This document shows positions 12,661-26,170 of a stretch of 64,000 bases of DNA, piece after piece. Both the position numbers and the translations under genes were made by a program. Each line of letters starts with the position of its first letter. The stretch's first letter is position 1. This DNA comes from Octopus sinensis (Eukaryota): NCBI RefSeq assembly GCF_006345805.1, contig NC_043024.1, positions 10,540,001 through 10,604,000 on the forward strand. Reading direction: 5' to 3'. The notes beneath the pieces were generated by a model, which worked only from the letters and a program-made list of their open reading frames with translations, had not been told where the DNA came from and ran no database searches.

Positions 12661-14409
12661 TTCAGGTGAGCTGGCAGAAATGTTAGCACGCTGGGCGAAA
12701 TGCTTTGCTGTAATTTGTCTGCTGTTATGTTCTGAGTTCAAATTCTACCGAGGTCAACTTTGCCTTTGATTCTTTCGGGGTCGATAAATTAAGTACTAGT
12801 TACGCACTGGGGTCGATATAATCGACTTAATCTGTTTGTCTGTCTTTGTTTGTCCCCTCTGTGTTTAGCCCCTTGTGGGTAGTAAAGAAATAGGTATTTC
12901 GTCTGCCGCTACATTTCTAAGTTCAAATTCTACTGCGGTCAACTTTGCCTTTCATCCTACAGACTGGGGCCAATGTAATCGACTTAATCCCTTTGTCTAT
13001 CCTTGTTTGTCCCCTCTGTGTTTAGCCCCTTGTGGGCAATAGAGAAATAAATACTTTCAGGTTTTGGCACAAAGCCAGTAATTTTGGGGGTGGGAGAACT
13101 GATTATATTAACCCCAGTTGTTGACTGGTATGAAAGGCAAAGTTAATCTTGGCATGATTTGAACTAAGTGCCAGAAGATATACCACTAAGCACTTGGCCT
13201 AACATGCAAATGAATCCATCCCCTTCTACCCCCCACACGTACACCCAAGACCTAAAAATTATTGATGAGTCTACAAGTTGTTTTTTTTCACTTTTACCTT
13301 TTCATTGTTTAATCTGGATTATTTGAAATTTGAGGATTACTTAAGAGAGAGACAAGATAATCCTATTCTTAGCTGGATTAATTACACATGTAAATTGAAA
13401 ATAGATTTTTGTGCAATTGGGGTTTATTGTTGGTCCATTTTTTTGTTTGTTTTTTTATCCGACATTTGAGGACCAATTAAAACTGGTGGCAGTCGTTAGT
13501 CATACTAAAAGAAATGTATTTGTTTAATCCTAAATTCTCTGATCTCAAATCAGACGTTCCAGCTGTGATCCTCCCTCCTCTTTTCCTTTTTTTTTTTTTT
13601 CTTTCTTCCCCCTAGACATGATACCTAGGGCTGTGCACCTATTTAGCTATGCCAATTGATGTGGCTGTGTGCTTAAGTTTGCTTCCCAACCACGTGGTTT
13701 CAGGTTCAAGTCCCTCCTGCATGGCATCTTGGGCAAGTCTCTTCTACATTAATCCTGGGCTAACCAAAATTCTTCAGTCGGTTACATGGAAACTGAAACG
13801 AGCCTAGTGTGTGTGTGTGTGTGTGTGTACACACACACACACACACACACACATTTGCGTAGGAGTGGCTGTGTGGTAAGTAGCTTGTTTACGAACCACA
13901 GTTCCGGGTTCAGTCCCACTGCGTGGCACCATCGGCAAGTGTCTTCTACTATAACTTCGGGCCGACCAAAGCCTTGTGAGTGAATTTAGTTGACGGAAAC
14001 TGAAAGAAGCCCATCGTATATATGTGTATGAATGTGTGTATGTATATATATATATATATGTGTGTGTATATGTTTGTGTGTCTGTGTTTGTCCCGCCCAA
14101 CATCGCTTGACATCCGATGCTGGTGTGTTTGCGTCCCCGTAACTTAGCGGTTCGGCAAAAGAGACCGATTGAATAAGTACTAGGCTTGCAAAGAATAAGT
14201 CCTGGGGTCGATTTGTTCGACTGAAGGCGGTACTCCAGCATGGCCACAGTCAAATGACTGAAACGAGTAAAAGAGTATATCTGTGTGTGTGTTTGCTCCC
14301 TCTCCCCATTGTTTGATAACTGGTGTTGGTTTGTTAGTATCCCTCTATCTTAAGTTTGGCAAAAAAGACCCATAGAGCAAGTTCTGGGATTGATTTATTC
14401 CTTTAAAAC

Positions 14410-14633
14410 CAGTGGTTTCCAACCTTTTTTTTTTATTTGACCCCTTTTACTTCTATTTCACTCAGGCTGGACCCTCAGTCATTTGATTTTTTTTAAAAAA
14501 TAACATAAGACCATTTTTATAATTAAATATTAGAAATTGTATAAAAAAATTAAAATATTTTGTCTTGTAGCAATTATAAGCAATTAATTAGATAAATTTT
14601 AACAATCTTATGGGTCCTGGTTGAGAACCACTG
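14410..14633. mobile_element. hAT-type MITE
   Basis: Terminal inverted repeats CAGTGGTTTCCAACC / GGTTGAGAACCACTG; no matching 8-bp TSD seen. Confidence 0.65.
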
Positions 14634-14981
14634 ATCACAACCCTTCAAGATAGTGCCCCAGCATGGCCATAGTCCAGTGGCTAAAGCAAATATAAAAAGT
14701 GTATGTGTTTGTTTTGTCTTGATGTTGTGATTAGTTGTCCATCCAACCTGTGGAAAGTGGACGTTAAATTAGGATGTAAAAATATAAACTATACCTATAT
14801 CTTTACTACCCACAAGGGGCTAAACACAGAGGACAAACAGGGACAGACAAACGGATTAAGCCGATTTTTATCGACCTCAGTGCATAACTGGTACTTATTT
14901 AATCGACCCTGAAAGGATGAAAGGCAAAGTCGACCTCGGCGGAATTTAAACTCAGAAGCGGCAGATGAAATACCTCTACGC

Positions 14982-15181
14982 CAGGGTTTTCAACCAGGGT
15001 TCCGCCAGTACAGTCCAGGGGTTCCGCAAGAAGTTACAAAACTGCTAAAATCGGCAGTAATTTTTAATTCTCCTGTGCAGATACGTGTGCATGAGACTAT
15101 TAAATTATTGCACAGGGGTTCCTCAAGCTAGTGGAATGTTTCCTTGGGGTTCTGCTCCAGCAAAAAGTTTGAAAAGCACTG
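14982..15181. mobile_element. hAT-type MITE nested in a family A SINE
   Basis: TIRs CAGGGTTTTCAAC / TTTGAAAAGCACTG; 8-bp TSD ctctacgc / ctctaagc (7 of 8 match). Confidence 0.8.
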
Positions 15182-15709
15182 CTCTAAGCATTTCGCCCGG
15201 TGGGCTAACGATTCTGCCAAGCTCGCCTGCTTCAACAAACTATATCTGATCCGTTGAAACCTGGATGTGTAGATGTTAAATGATGAGGATGGTGATGATG
15301 ATCCAAATAATTTTTCATAACTTGTGTGGGAAGGAACTGTGTGTGTGAATCTATACAGAAATAGCAATTAGAACCTCATGTGATCTCGTGAGTAAAACAC
15401 GTGCAAACAATAAGAATTTATGACTATATTGGAAAAAATTGACCCTAAAAAGTGTTGTTTTTAAATTCCATTCCTCTCACCACTACCACTTGTCTATTCA
15501 TTTGTCTTGTATAAATAATCTTCATCTTTTAATTAAAATTCACAGCATTCACTTCTTCATCATATTTGAAATTCTTGTGCAAAAAAAAAATTGATGTTTT
15601 TACTAATTTATATAAACTATAATTTTGTCATTTAATCAAAGCAAAGTAATTAACGTACGTTTTTTTTTTTTTTTAAATTTTGTATTTTTGCAGGCGTTGA
15701 GTGCAAAAT

Positions 15710-15889
15710 ATGACGGGGCGTGTCGTAATTATAACAGGAGCCAACTCCGGCATTGGATTTGAGGCAGCTCGTTTGCTGTGCGAAGGTGGTAACGATGTGA
15801 TCCTTGCCTGTAGGAACGAGGACAAAGGGAAAGCCGCTGTGGAGAAAATTCTCAGCAAGAATCCAAATGCTTTGGCAACTTTCATGCAG
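15710..15889 (+). CDS. SDR (retinol dehydrogenase-like) coding exon 1 of 7; full CDS join(15710..15889,22530..22701,23838..23963,24565..24726,25519..25680,26171..26440,27404..27555), 1224 nt, 407 aa
   Basis: Acceptor ttttgcag ends at 15693 and an in-frame TGA (15698-15700) precedes ATG 15710, so a 5' UTR exon lies upstream. Encodes MTGRVVIITGANSGIG (Rossmann TGxxxGxG) and ACRN (basic residue typical of NADP(H) preference). Phase-0 donor CAG|gtaaca. Confidence 0.93.
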
Positions 15890-16545
15890 GTAACATTTGT
15901 TGTAGTTGTCGTTGCTGGTGGTGTAGTTGTTAGTTACTCTTTTACTTGTTTCGGTCATTTGACTGCGGCCATGCTGGAGCACCGCCTTTTTTTTAATCGA
16001 GCAAATCGACCCCCGGGACTTATTCTTTTTGTAAGCCCAGTACTTATTCTATCGGTCTCCTTTTGCCGAACCGCTAAGTAATGGGGACGTAAACACACCA
16101 GCATCGGTTGTCAAGCAATCTAGGGGGACAAACACACACACACACATATATGCTCTTTACTCTTTTCAGTCATTTGACTGCGGCCAGGCTGGAGCACCGC
16201 CTTTTAATCGAACAACTCGACCACAGGACTTATTCTTTTTGTAAGCCCAGTACTTATTCTATCGGTCTCCTTTTGCCGAACCACTAAGTAACGGGGGACG
16301 TAAACACACCAGTATCGGTTGTCAAGCAATGCTAGGGGGACAAAAACACACACACACATATATACATACATATACATATATACAACGGGCTTCTTTCAGT
16401 TTCTGTCTACCAAATCCACTCACAAGGCTTTGGTCGGCCCGAGGCTATGGTAGAAGACACTTGCCCAAGGTGCCACACAGTGGGACTGAACCCGGAACCG
16501 TGTGGTTGGTAAGCAAGCTACTTACCACACAGCCTCTCCTACGCC

Positions 16546-16900
16546 TATTAGTTAATTTTTTGGCTCAAAAAGCAAAAAGCAAGGCCATGTAAGGAGGCAT
16601 GGAGTTATGTACAGGGAGGGTGTTCATGTAAAGAGTTCAGGCCACTTGAGGTCAAGGGAGACTTTGAACCGAGCGGTCGTTGGCATCTTCACCATCTCGT
16701 CCAGCAGCTTATTCCACGGATCCGCAACCCGGACGGAGAAAGCTCCTCTCTTTCGATTGAGATGAAATCGTTGCAGATTGAGCTTTTCGGAGTGACCCCG
16801 CAGCCGACGCTCTGGAGCAGGAGTGAAGAACAGCTCTTTCGAGAGGTTACACTTTCCGCTTATGATGTTGTGAGCAATGTCCAGAGTGATGAGGACCATC
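16546..16900 (-). mobile_element. CR1-clade LINE 3' fragment
   Basis: Encodes HNIISGKCNLSKELFF...GHSEKL...WNKL...LDLKWPELFT, nearly identical to the end of the 62.7-64 kb element, plus the same 3' UTR. Confidence 0.88.
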
Positions 16901-17049
16901 TGGCCATTTAACTGTACTAGTCCCAAATATTTTTACCTGTTTTACATTTAAAATGTTAAGATCTAACCTCTTACACATACCCTACAATGTCAATCTAAAG
17001 ATGTAGAATTGGTACTTGGACAGTTGGCTGACAGACAACATACAGACGA

Positions 17050-17195
17050 GACAGTTGTGTGGTATGGTGCAGGGTCCTGTTGCCAGATATAGGGTCTTCC
17101 AGCAGCCAACCTCTTGACCCAGGGCAACACAACCTTCTCCAGGTACTTGATGTAGGCCTCCGTGTTGAGTCTGAGGCTGCGTGGGAATTGTCTGC
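17050..17195 (-). mobile_element. Tc1/mariner-superfamily transposase fragment
   Basis: FPRSLRLNTEAYIKYLEKVVLPWVKRLAAGRPYIWQQDPAPYHT, matching the QQDxAPxH motif around the second catalytic Asp. Confidence 0.8.
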
Positions 17196-17295
17196 ACACG
17201 ATACAATCATAGCAAAATCTGAAAACTACAAGATAATGTAATTAATTAAAAGTAAATACAAGTATTACATTTGACAAAATCTGAATTTTAAGAGG

Positions 17296-17517
17296 TTAAC
17301 CCTTTTGTTACCATATTTCTGTTGAGATGCTCTGTGTTTCTTTCAATTACTTTAAATATAACAAATAATTTAGTAAAATAACTTAGTTATTATTAAGCTA
17401 GTGTTAGGAACATAAATTGTGACTAAGGTTTGGTGGAAGATTTTAATTCAGAACTTTTGAAAACAAGACATTTGTACTCAGAGCCAGATTCAGTCAGATT
17501 GGTAACAAAAGGGTTAA
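17296..17517 (+). mobile_element. piggyBac-type MITE family 1, monomer inserted at a TTAA within family 2 MITE sequence
   Basis: TTAA at both ends; flanks are family 2 sequence. Confidence 0.78.
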
Positions 17518-18121
17518 ACTAGTCATAGGTTGAAATATTTCTACCTGTTCTATGTTCAAACTGGCCAAGTCCAGCCTCTCACACCTACCCTACAATGTCA
17601 TTCTGAAAATAAACCATCATAGTGAAATCTCAAAGCTGCCAGCTAATGCATGATTAATTCAAAACGGTGTGCCGGTGGCACGTAAAAAGCACCCACTACA
17701 CTCTGAGTGGTTGGCGTTAGAAAGGGCATCAATCTGTAGAAACTCTGCCAGATCAAGATTGGAGCCTGGTGCAGCCATCTGGTTTGCCAGCCCTCAGTCA
17801 AAAATCGTCCAACCCATGCTAGCATGGAAAGCAGACGTTAAACGTTGATGATGTGGATAATAAACATCACAATTGACAGAAATCTGAATGCTAATTGGTT
17901 AATCAAAGTAGAAACGATGAGGACCCTCGGTCCTCCATGAGGTTGACTGATGACCTGTGCACCACCAGGCTCACTCTCTTGTCTGTGACCATTGTCAATC
18001 CAATGGCAATACTGAGTCGAGGACTGGGAATGGAGATGGATGCAGAGGGGGACCCGTGGTATCTTACTTGCTCACCATACTCTTTGCATTCTGTCTGCTG
18101 AAGTTGTTTGATGATTGGAGA

Positions 18122-18790
18122 TCTTGTCGTCTTGTCTTGAGACAGCATCCACCTGGAGTGGGTTGAGCTGGCTTCATTCATCCTCAATGCTGCATCTCTC
18201 ACAAACTCCAACCAGGCCTGGTGATTTGAGGCTAACGACCGTGTGATCTCCAACCACTCCTTATTCCAGCGGCGAACGCCGTAGATATGGGGGCCTAGGT
18301 TGGGTTCCAGATCAGCCCTGTCATCAGCCAGGTATTTCATTGTCCACCACGTCGCTTTCGCCAACCCTGAAGGGGAGCTGGGGCAATTGCTTCGTAGATG
18401 AATTCTCCAGGTTGACGACGGAGGGCATGACCCAGCCAACGCAGACGTCTCGTGAGGATGACTTGTCGGAGGAAGGTGATTCTGCACTGGTGTCGCACCG
18501 AATTGTTGGAGACAAAGTGATGCCATCGGACACGAAGGATGCGGCGTAGACAGAGGTGATCGAAGGATTCTCGTCGCTTAATATCTTCCACCCTTGGAGA
18601 TGGATGCAGCAGATCACTAAAATGTCTAGCTGGTCTCACCTAACTCTCTGCACTCTACGATGCATTGCTGCAGTTGCTCTCCTCTCTGCTTAGGTTTCGT
18701 CCGCAGAGTCCCCTGGATCTGGTCTTCTTCACATGCAGAGGTCGGCAATCCCAGATATACCAATTAACCCAAAGCTGGGATCCTGACAGA
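18122..18790 (-). mobile_element. RTE-clade LINE 3' fragment (degenerate)
   Basis: CLRRILRVRW...RRLRWLGHALRR...GWRKRRGGQ C-terminal motif and an (ACAAG)n-like tail at 18122-18140. Confidence 0.78.
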
Positions 18791-19981
18791 TGCTACTTCT
18801 TTGGGTCAGTCTGATGTAAGAAAAGGACGTCTGCAACACTTAAGTAATGAAGGGGATAATAAAAAAAGGATCTTAGACTCTGATCCAACAAATGATTCAA
18901 AAGTATTCCAGCCAGCCTGCTAAATATAGTAGCTAAATCTCCGTCAAATTACATTGTACTGTCTGAAAGAAAAATGACTCCGACCCCAAAAGGGGATGGT
19001 GATACCCTTTTCGATCAGGGATCTTATAGCCAAGCTGACAGGATGTACCCCTTCGTTAGCAGACACTGCATTGATCTAATAGAGGCTTGGCGCCAACACT
19101 TAAGGGGAGATAAATCCATGAAATGACAGATGAGTTAGCTCCCATCTCCTTGCTACTACACTTCTACCCAGGGTAGACTGCGCTACTTAGCTAAATATGT
19201 TGCAACACCATGAAGCGATCCAGTCTCCTGGGGTATTGCATTATATTTTACTAACATAGAGGTGCAGGCGTGGCTGTTTGGTTAAGAAGTTTGCTTCTTA
19301 ACCATGTGGCTCCGTGTTCAGTCCCACTACGTTGCACCATGCGCAAGTGTCTTTCGTTTTAGCTCTGGGCTAACCAAATCCAAGTGAATTTGGTAGACGG
19401 AAAAAGAAAACAAGTCCATCGTGTGTCTGTGTATATAATAGATGTGTTTGGGTGTCCCTTGTTTAGCATTGCTTAATAGTTGTAAATGAATGTGACCATT
19501 GTACTGATAGTTTTGTTTCCAATTTTCCATCAAAATGTGTCCAGCCATTGTGAGAAATATTATCTTGGAGAAATATTACCTTGCTTGGAAATAAGGATTT
19601 CTGATAGGAAGGGCTTCTGGTTGGAGAATATCTGCTTCATCTAATTCCATCTGATCTCTGCAAAGAAAAGCAATGGTTATTATCTCTCGTATTGCTCAAA
19701 AGAATGCAAGTCTGACATATGTAAACCTGTAATGGAGCGTAAAACGTGTTCAGGACTTAGAATTCATATGCCTTGTCATCAAATTGATTAAAATCTTTTT
19801 TGTACATATGAAAATTGTTAATTGACATAGGTATAGCCGTGCGAGAAGCTTGCACCCGTCCACATGGATTCAGGTTCAGTCCCACTGTGTGGCACCATGG
19901 GCAGGTGTCTTCTACTGTAGCCCTAGGCCAGCCAAAGCCTTCTGACTGGATTCGATAAACAGAAACTGAAAGAAGCTTATC

Positions 19982-20063
<82 letters not shown>

Positions 20064-22529
20064 TCTCTTTTTTACTTGTTTCAGTCATTTTGACTGCGGC
20101 CATGCTGGAGCACCGCCTTTAATCAAGCAGCTTGACCCCCGGGACATATTCTATCTGTCTCTTTTGCCGAACTGCTAAGTGACGGGGACGTAAACACACC
20201 AGCATCGGTTGTCAAGCAATGCTAGGGGAACAAACACACACAAACAAACACACGCATATATATATACATATATATGAGAGGCTTCTTTCAGTTTCCGTCT
20301 ACCAAATCCACTCACAAGGCTTTGGTCAGGCCTGAGGCTATAGTAGAAGACACTTGCCCAAGGTGCCACGCAGTGGGACTGAACCCGGAACCATGTGGTT
20401 GGTAAACAAGCTACTTACCATGCAGCCATTCCTGTGTATATGTTTGTCTCCTCCCTCTAACTTAGCAGTTCAGCCAAAGGGACTGAAAAAGGTACCAGGC
20501 TTTAAAAAAATTAAGTGCTGAGATCGATGCATTTCAATAAAAATTCTTCAAGGCGATGCTTCAGCATGGCCACAGTCTGACTGAAAGAAGTAAAAGGAAA
20601 ACAAATGGAACTATATTTTGGTATGAATTTTTATCAGTGGAATGGTGTTTGCCATTCTTTGTATCTCGTCACTTTGCAGTTCAAACGAGTCATTTGTCCG
20701 AACGATGCCTTCCTCTTATTACTTCGAGTTCACTTACACCGGTTTCTTTCCTCATTACTAATCACTCGTATGTCGTTGTTGAAGGGAGACCCATCACATA
20801 TGGCTGTATTCTTTTACACAAGGACCTTTGCCTCACAAAGGGAATATCTTCTCTGCCTATTCTACCCCTGAAGCTCCATCGGCCTCTACTCTTCTCTTTG
20901 TTAATTTGCTACACCATACATCAATCCATGTGGAGGCGCAATGGCCCAGTGGTTAGGGCTGCGGTCTCGTGGTCGTAGGATCGTGGTTTCGATTCCCAGA
21001 GCGGGCGTTGCGAGTGTTTATTGAACGAAAACACCTAAAGCTCCACGAAGCTCCTGCAGTGGGTGGTGGTGAACCCTGCTGTACTCTTCTGAATCCTCTC
21101 CCTCCACTCGACCTCACCAATTACCCCCCTCTTGTCACTTCTTTGACTCCGCTTTAGCATTCTCTTGGAAACCTTTATCTTTCAGAATTCCCATTTCTGC
21201 TGTTTTTCCTGTCAACATTGATCTTCATCTGTTCAGACTCAACACCATCAACATCTGTCTCTCCAGTTTTGGAAGAGTCTGTAGTGGTGATGGGCACAGC
21301 TGCCTCTCTTTAATTTCTCCTTTAACAGTGTAAAAAAAAATATATATATATATATATAGATAGTACAATGTAAAAAGCACCCAAGTACACTGTGTAGAGT
21401 GGTTGGCATTAGGAAGGGCATCCAGCCATAGAAACCATGCCAGGGCAAATAATTGGTGCCTGGTGCAGCTCTTTGGCTTGCTGGATCTTGTGAAACTGTC
21501 CAGTCCATTCCAGTATGGAGAGTGGACGTTAAATGATGGTCAATTGGACAAAATGTGGTCCATGGCTAAAGTGGTTGGCATTAGGAAGGACACCCAGCTG
21601 TAGAAACCATACCAAAACGGACTCTGGAACCTGGTGCAGCTCCCAGCCTTGCCAGCTGCTGTCAAACCAACCCATGCCAGCATGGAAAAGGGATGTTGAA
21701 TGATGATGATAAGAAACAATAGTAACAGCCAATCTAAGTTGTATTGATTTCAGATTGAACTTAATTATAAAATCTGTTCAGTAACTTTTGAAAGTTTTCA
21801 GCCTTTTTGTTACATTACTAACTGAAGCTGTCGGCTGTCTCTACCGTTTTTTCCCCTCCAGTTGGTCTCTGCTTTTCCCTGCATCTTTCTTTTGGATTTT
21901 GCAAGATGTTTCCTTGACGAAAGCCCTTGTTGATATTGAATTGTCATCTATGCTTCTGTAACCGCTTCTTTTCTAGGCAGGGGTGTTAACCCTATGCAGA
22001 CCCATCTCCCACCTCTACGAGGTGTCAATCCATATTAATCTGTTCTATCCATTGACCTGTCCTGCACAGGAGGCCCTACCAGACCTTGTGCTCCCTTGGT
22101 GTAGTTCTCAGGGTTTATGAAGGCCCACAATCTACTACACCCACAAGGTGATGGACCCTGTGCTGGTTTTCTTATATAAAATAAAATGCACCCTTTTTAA
22201 AGCCTAGCCAGGCTCATGGCCTGGTTTCTATGGCGTGTGCATTCCCCAGCTGGACAGGACGCCAGTCCATCGCAGCGTTACTCATTTTTGCCAGCTGAGT
22301 GGACTGGAGCAACGTGAAATGGTTTTGCTCAAGAACACAACGCGTCGCCCGGTCCAGGAATCGAAACTACAATCTTACGATCATGATGCCGACACCCTAA
22401 CCACTAAGCCACGCACCTCCACGGTTTTCTTATATGTTGTGGTTTAAATTTTTATTACATTATGTTAATTGCTTTTGTCTTCTCCTTCGTTATATTAATT
22501 AATTAATTGTCGTTGTCTTCTCCTTTCAG

Positions 22530-22701
22530 ATGGATCTTGCTGACAAAGCTTCTATCCATAAATTCGTGGAAGATTTCCATAAAACAGAAAAGAAATTGCA
22601 CGTCTTAATCAATAATGCTGGCTGCTTCCTGAACCCGAAAGAGACAAAGCGTCAGTTCACTAAGGACAACTTTGAATTAACAATGGGTACAAATCACTTA
22701 G
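22530..22701 (+). CDS. SDR coding exon 2
   Basis: Acceptor tcctttcag|ATGGAT. Encodes DLAD, LINNAG and GTNHLG (SDR motifs). Phase-1 donor G|gtaatt, frame-compatible with exons 1 and 3. Confidence 0.93.
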
Positions 22702-23837
22702 GTAATTATCCCTTTTTCTTTTTAATTACTCGAAATAATTAGGGTGCTGAGCTGGCAGAATCGTTAGCATGCTGGACAAAATACTTAGCAACATGTCACC
22801 TGCCTTTACGTTCAGGGTTCAAATTCTGCTGAGGTGGACTTTGCCATTCATCCTTTTGAAGTAGACTTTGCTTTTCATCCCTTTTGGGTGTCGATAAAGT
22901 ACCGGTCAAGTGCTTAATCTGTCCTTCAAAATTACTGACCTTGTTCCAAAATTTGAAACCAATAATTAACATAATTCTTAATTTATCAAGCCCCAAAAGA
23001 ATGAAGATATTAAGTACCAGTTGCGCACTGGGGTCGATGTAATTGATCAGCCCCTTCTTCACACAAATTTCAGGTTTTGGGCCTTTAGCAGAAAGGACAT
23101 ATACAGAGTGATGCTGGAGCGTCCCTATTATTAGCAGCGATGTTAAAGTCGCAAGCTGGCAGAATCGTTAGAACAAAGACAAAATATCGGTAAGCATTTT
23201 GTCAGGGGTGCTGAGTTCAAATCTCACTGAGGTCGACTTTGCCTTTCATCGTCTCAGGGTCAATAAAATAAGTAACAGTTGAACACTGGGGTCAATGTTA
23301 TAGTTTAGCCCCACCCGTAAATTTTAGGCCTTCTAGCTTGTTTATCAACCACATGGTTCCGGGTTCAGTCCCACTGCGTGGTACCTTGGACAAATGTCTT
23401 CTACTATATCCTCGGGCTGACCAAAGCCTTGAGTGGATTTGGTAGACGGAAACTGAAAGAAGCCTGTCGTATATGTGTGTGTGTGTGTGTGTGTTTGTGT
23501 TTGTCCCCCTAGCATTGTTTGACAACCGATGCTGGTGTGTTTATGTCCCCGTCACTTAGCAGTTCGGCAAAAGAGACCGATAGAATAAGTACTGGGCTTA
23601 CAAAGAATAAGTCCTGGGGTCGAGTTGCTCGATTAAAGGCGGTGCCCCAGCATGGCCGCAGTCAAAATGACTGAAACAAGTAAAAAGAGAAAGATAGATT
23701 TCAAATAAACAGGTGTAAAAAAACCAAAGTCCTTTCTTAACGAATCTCGTTTTTGTTTTCTCTTGTTAATTAGTCTTGTTCTGCTTGTTCTCATCAAGCG
23801 AAATCACTAATTGTGTTTCTGTTGTATTTCAAAACAG

Positions 23838-23963
23838 GACCTTTCTTGTTAACCAATCTGTTATTGCCTGATCTGAAGAAAACTGGTGAAGAAAATGGGG
23901 ATTCCAGAATCGTTACCGTAACAACTCATCTTCATGACAAATCTGTCACCAGACGACGACCAG
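23838..23963 (+). CDS. SDR coding exon 3
   Basis: aaaacag|GACCTTTC completes NHLG-PFLLTNLLLPDL; includes SRIVTVTT; donor CCAG|gtgaga. Confidence 0.92.
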
Positions 23964-24085
23964 GTGAGATATTTGATGTTTTGATCAAGGTGGTATGCCC
24001 AAGCATGGCCACAGTGTAATGACTGAAACCAGTAAAGAAAAAAAGATACCAGTTTATATGCATACCTACATTGTGTCTATATGTA

Positions 24086-24120
<35 letters not shown>

Positions 24121-24564
24121 ATATTTGTATATGTTGTTGGTTCCTGAGGGATTGTTATTTCTCTTATTTGTCTGTGTGGTTGGCTGGGCATGGTTGGCTT
24201 GTCTCTGGCAGGGTTTGTCTCATTGATTGGGCTCAAGTGGTTTTATGTGTGTGTGTGTGTGTGTGTGGTTGGATGTGTGTGTGTATGCTTGTCTGGGTGT
24301 GTGTGTGTGTGTGTGGTTGGATGTGTGTGTGTATGCTTGTCTGGGTGTGTGTGTGTGTGTGGGTGTGTGGGTGTGTGTCTGGAGGTGTATGCTTGTCTGG
24401 GTGTGTTTAATAGTGTCTACCCCGTGAGTATTTGTGCCAGGTCTTGCCTGTCCAGTTGACCACTGTATGTCTGTGAGTGTAAGAGAGAGAGAGGGCTTGT
24501 ATATTTGTGTGACACACAGACACTATATTATCCATTAATCTTGTTTCTTTTTCTCTGCCTTCAG

Positions 24565-24726
24565 TTGTTGAAAACTTGGATATTGACAATTTCTTCTTGG
24601 AGAAGGAGAATACTTACAACTCTCACCAAGCATACAAGAACTCTAAACTGGCTAACATAATGTTCACCTATGAACTTGCTAAGCAGCTGGAGAATACTGG
24701 TGTCACTGCAAATTGCCTTTGCCCAG
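24565..24726 (+). CDS. SDR coding exon 4 (catalytic YxxxK)
   Basis: Acceptor ctgccttcag|. Encodes AYKNSKLANIMFTYELAKQL and VTANCLCPG. Donor CCAG|gtaagc. Confidence 0.93.
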
Positions 24727-25323
24727 GTAAGCCTTTCTTTTATTTTCAAAATTCAAACAAGGGCATTGGTCATCATCGTTTAGCGTTCGCTTTCCAAGCT
24801 GGCATGGGTTGGACGGTGCGAGTGGGGTCTGGGAAGCCAGAAGGCTGCACCAGGCTCCAGTCTGATCTGGCAGTGTTTCTACGGCTGGATGCCCTTCCTA
24901 ACACCAACCACTCTGAGAGTGTAGTGGGTGCTTTTTATGTGCCACCGGCATGGAGGCCAGTCGGGGATTGTATTTCAAATAAAATATAGCAACAAAAAAA
25001 AGTTGATTTAAATAAAAACCTTTTATCAAGCCATGGAGTTCCTTTGCAGCAAGACACCTGGTCCTGCCCCTCTTGTACTTCAATGGGCATATAGGGGTTA
25101 AACTCTTGAGACAGTGGGGCAGGATATAGGTGCAGAAGTGGCTGTGTGGTAAGTAGCTTGTTTACCAACCACATGGTTCCGGGTTCAGTCCCACTGCGTG
25201 GCACCTTGGGCAAGTGTCTTCTAATATAACTTCGGGCCAATCAAAGCCTTGTGAGTGGATTTGGTAGATGGAAACTGAAAGAAGCCCGTCCCGCGCGCGT
25301 GTGTGTGGGTGTGCGCGCGTGCG

Positions 25324-25354
<31 letters not shown>

Positions 25355-25518
25355 GTGGTGCTCCAGCATGGCCGCAGTCAAATGACTGAAACAAGTAAAA
25401 GAGTAAAAGAGAGAGTGCCCCAACCATTCCAGAAGATTTTTATGGGTGTCGTGGTGGTGGAGGTGGTGTGGTGGAGAAATTGAAGAACTGAGAATTGTCG
25501 TCTTTTGTCTGTTTCCAG

Positions 25519-25680
25519 GTTTTATTCCAACAACAGAATTAACTCGTAGCACCAGCAGCGCTCAGCGCTTCTACCGCAAGTTTGTTCTCCATGGACTTCT
25601 CCGTTTCACAAAGATGACCAGAACTGTGGAACAAGGTGCCAAAGCTCTTGTTGAAATGGCAACTGGAGAGAAATTAAAAA
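25519..25680 (+). CDS. SDR coding exon 5
   Basis: gtttccag|GTTTT gives PG-FIPTTELTR...TVEQGAKALVEMAT; donor A|gtaagc. Confidence 0.9.
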
Positions 25681-25824
25681 GTAAGCATTCCGGTTTTTTT
25701 CTTGTTTTTCTTTTTATATTCTTACTCCCAATTTTCTTATTTTAATGAATATTTTGTGTGTGGAATCGGTAGATGGAAACTGTATATATGTGCATTCAAA
25801 ATGTGACCGCGTGTGTACTGTTGG

Positions 25825-25980
25825 CGAGATAGTGAAGATGCCGACGACCGCTTGGTTCAAAGTCTCTCTTGACCACAAATGGCCTGAACTCTTTGCATGA
25901 ACACCCTCCCTGTACATAACTCCACGTCCCTCTACATGGCCTTCTTTATGCTTTTTGAGCCAAAAAATTAACTTAACTTA
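25825..25980 (+). mobile_element. CR1-clade LINE extreme 3' fragment in SDR intron 5
   Basis: Homologous to the 3' end and UTR of the 16.5-kb and 62.7-kb copies (aagatgccgacgaccgct...cctgaactcttt...gagccaaa). Confidence 0.8.
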
Positions 25981-26170
25981 AATACCGGGGTTGATTCATT
26001 TGTCTACAAATTCTTCAAGGTAGTGCCCCAGCATGGCCACAGTCTAATGACTGAAGCAAGTAAAAGGTTGAAGGGTGGTGGGGTGGTTTGTATATGTCTG
26101 TAGTGTTTTGGAGTGGGGCAATGTCTTGTTTTTGTCGAGTCTTTGAAAATGTCCATTTGTTCCATTCCAG

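Noticed and set aside
15890-16081. Track ORF extensions beyond the SDR splice donors (also after 22701, 23963, 24726, 25680 and 26440)
   Set aside because: Similarity to SDRs stops exactly at consensus GT donors; the read-through is intron or SINE sequence.
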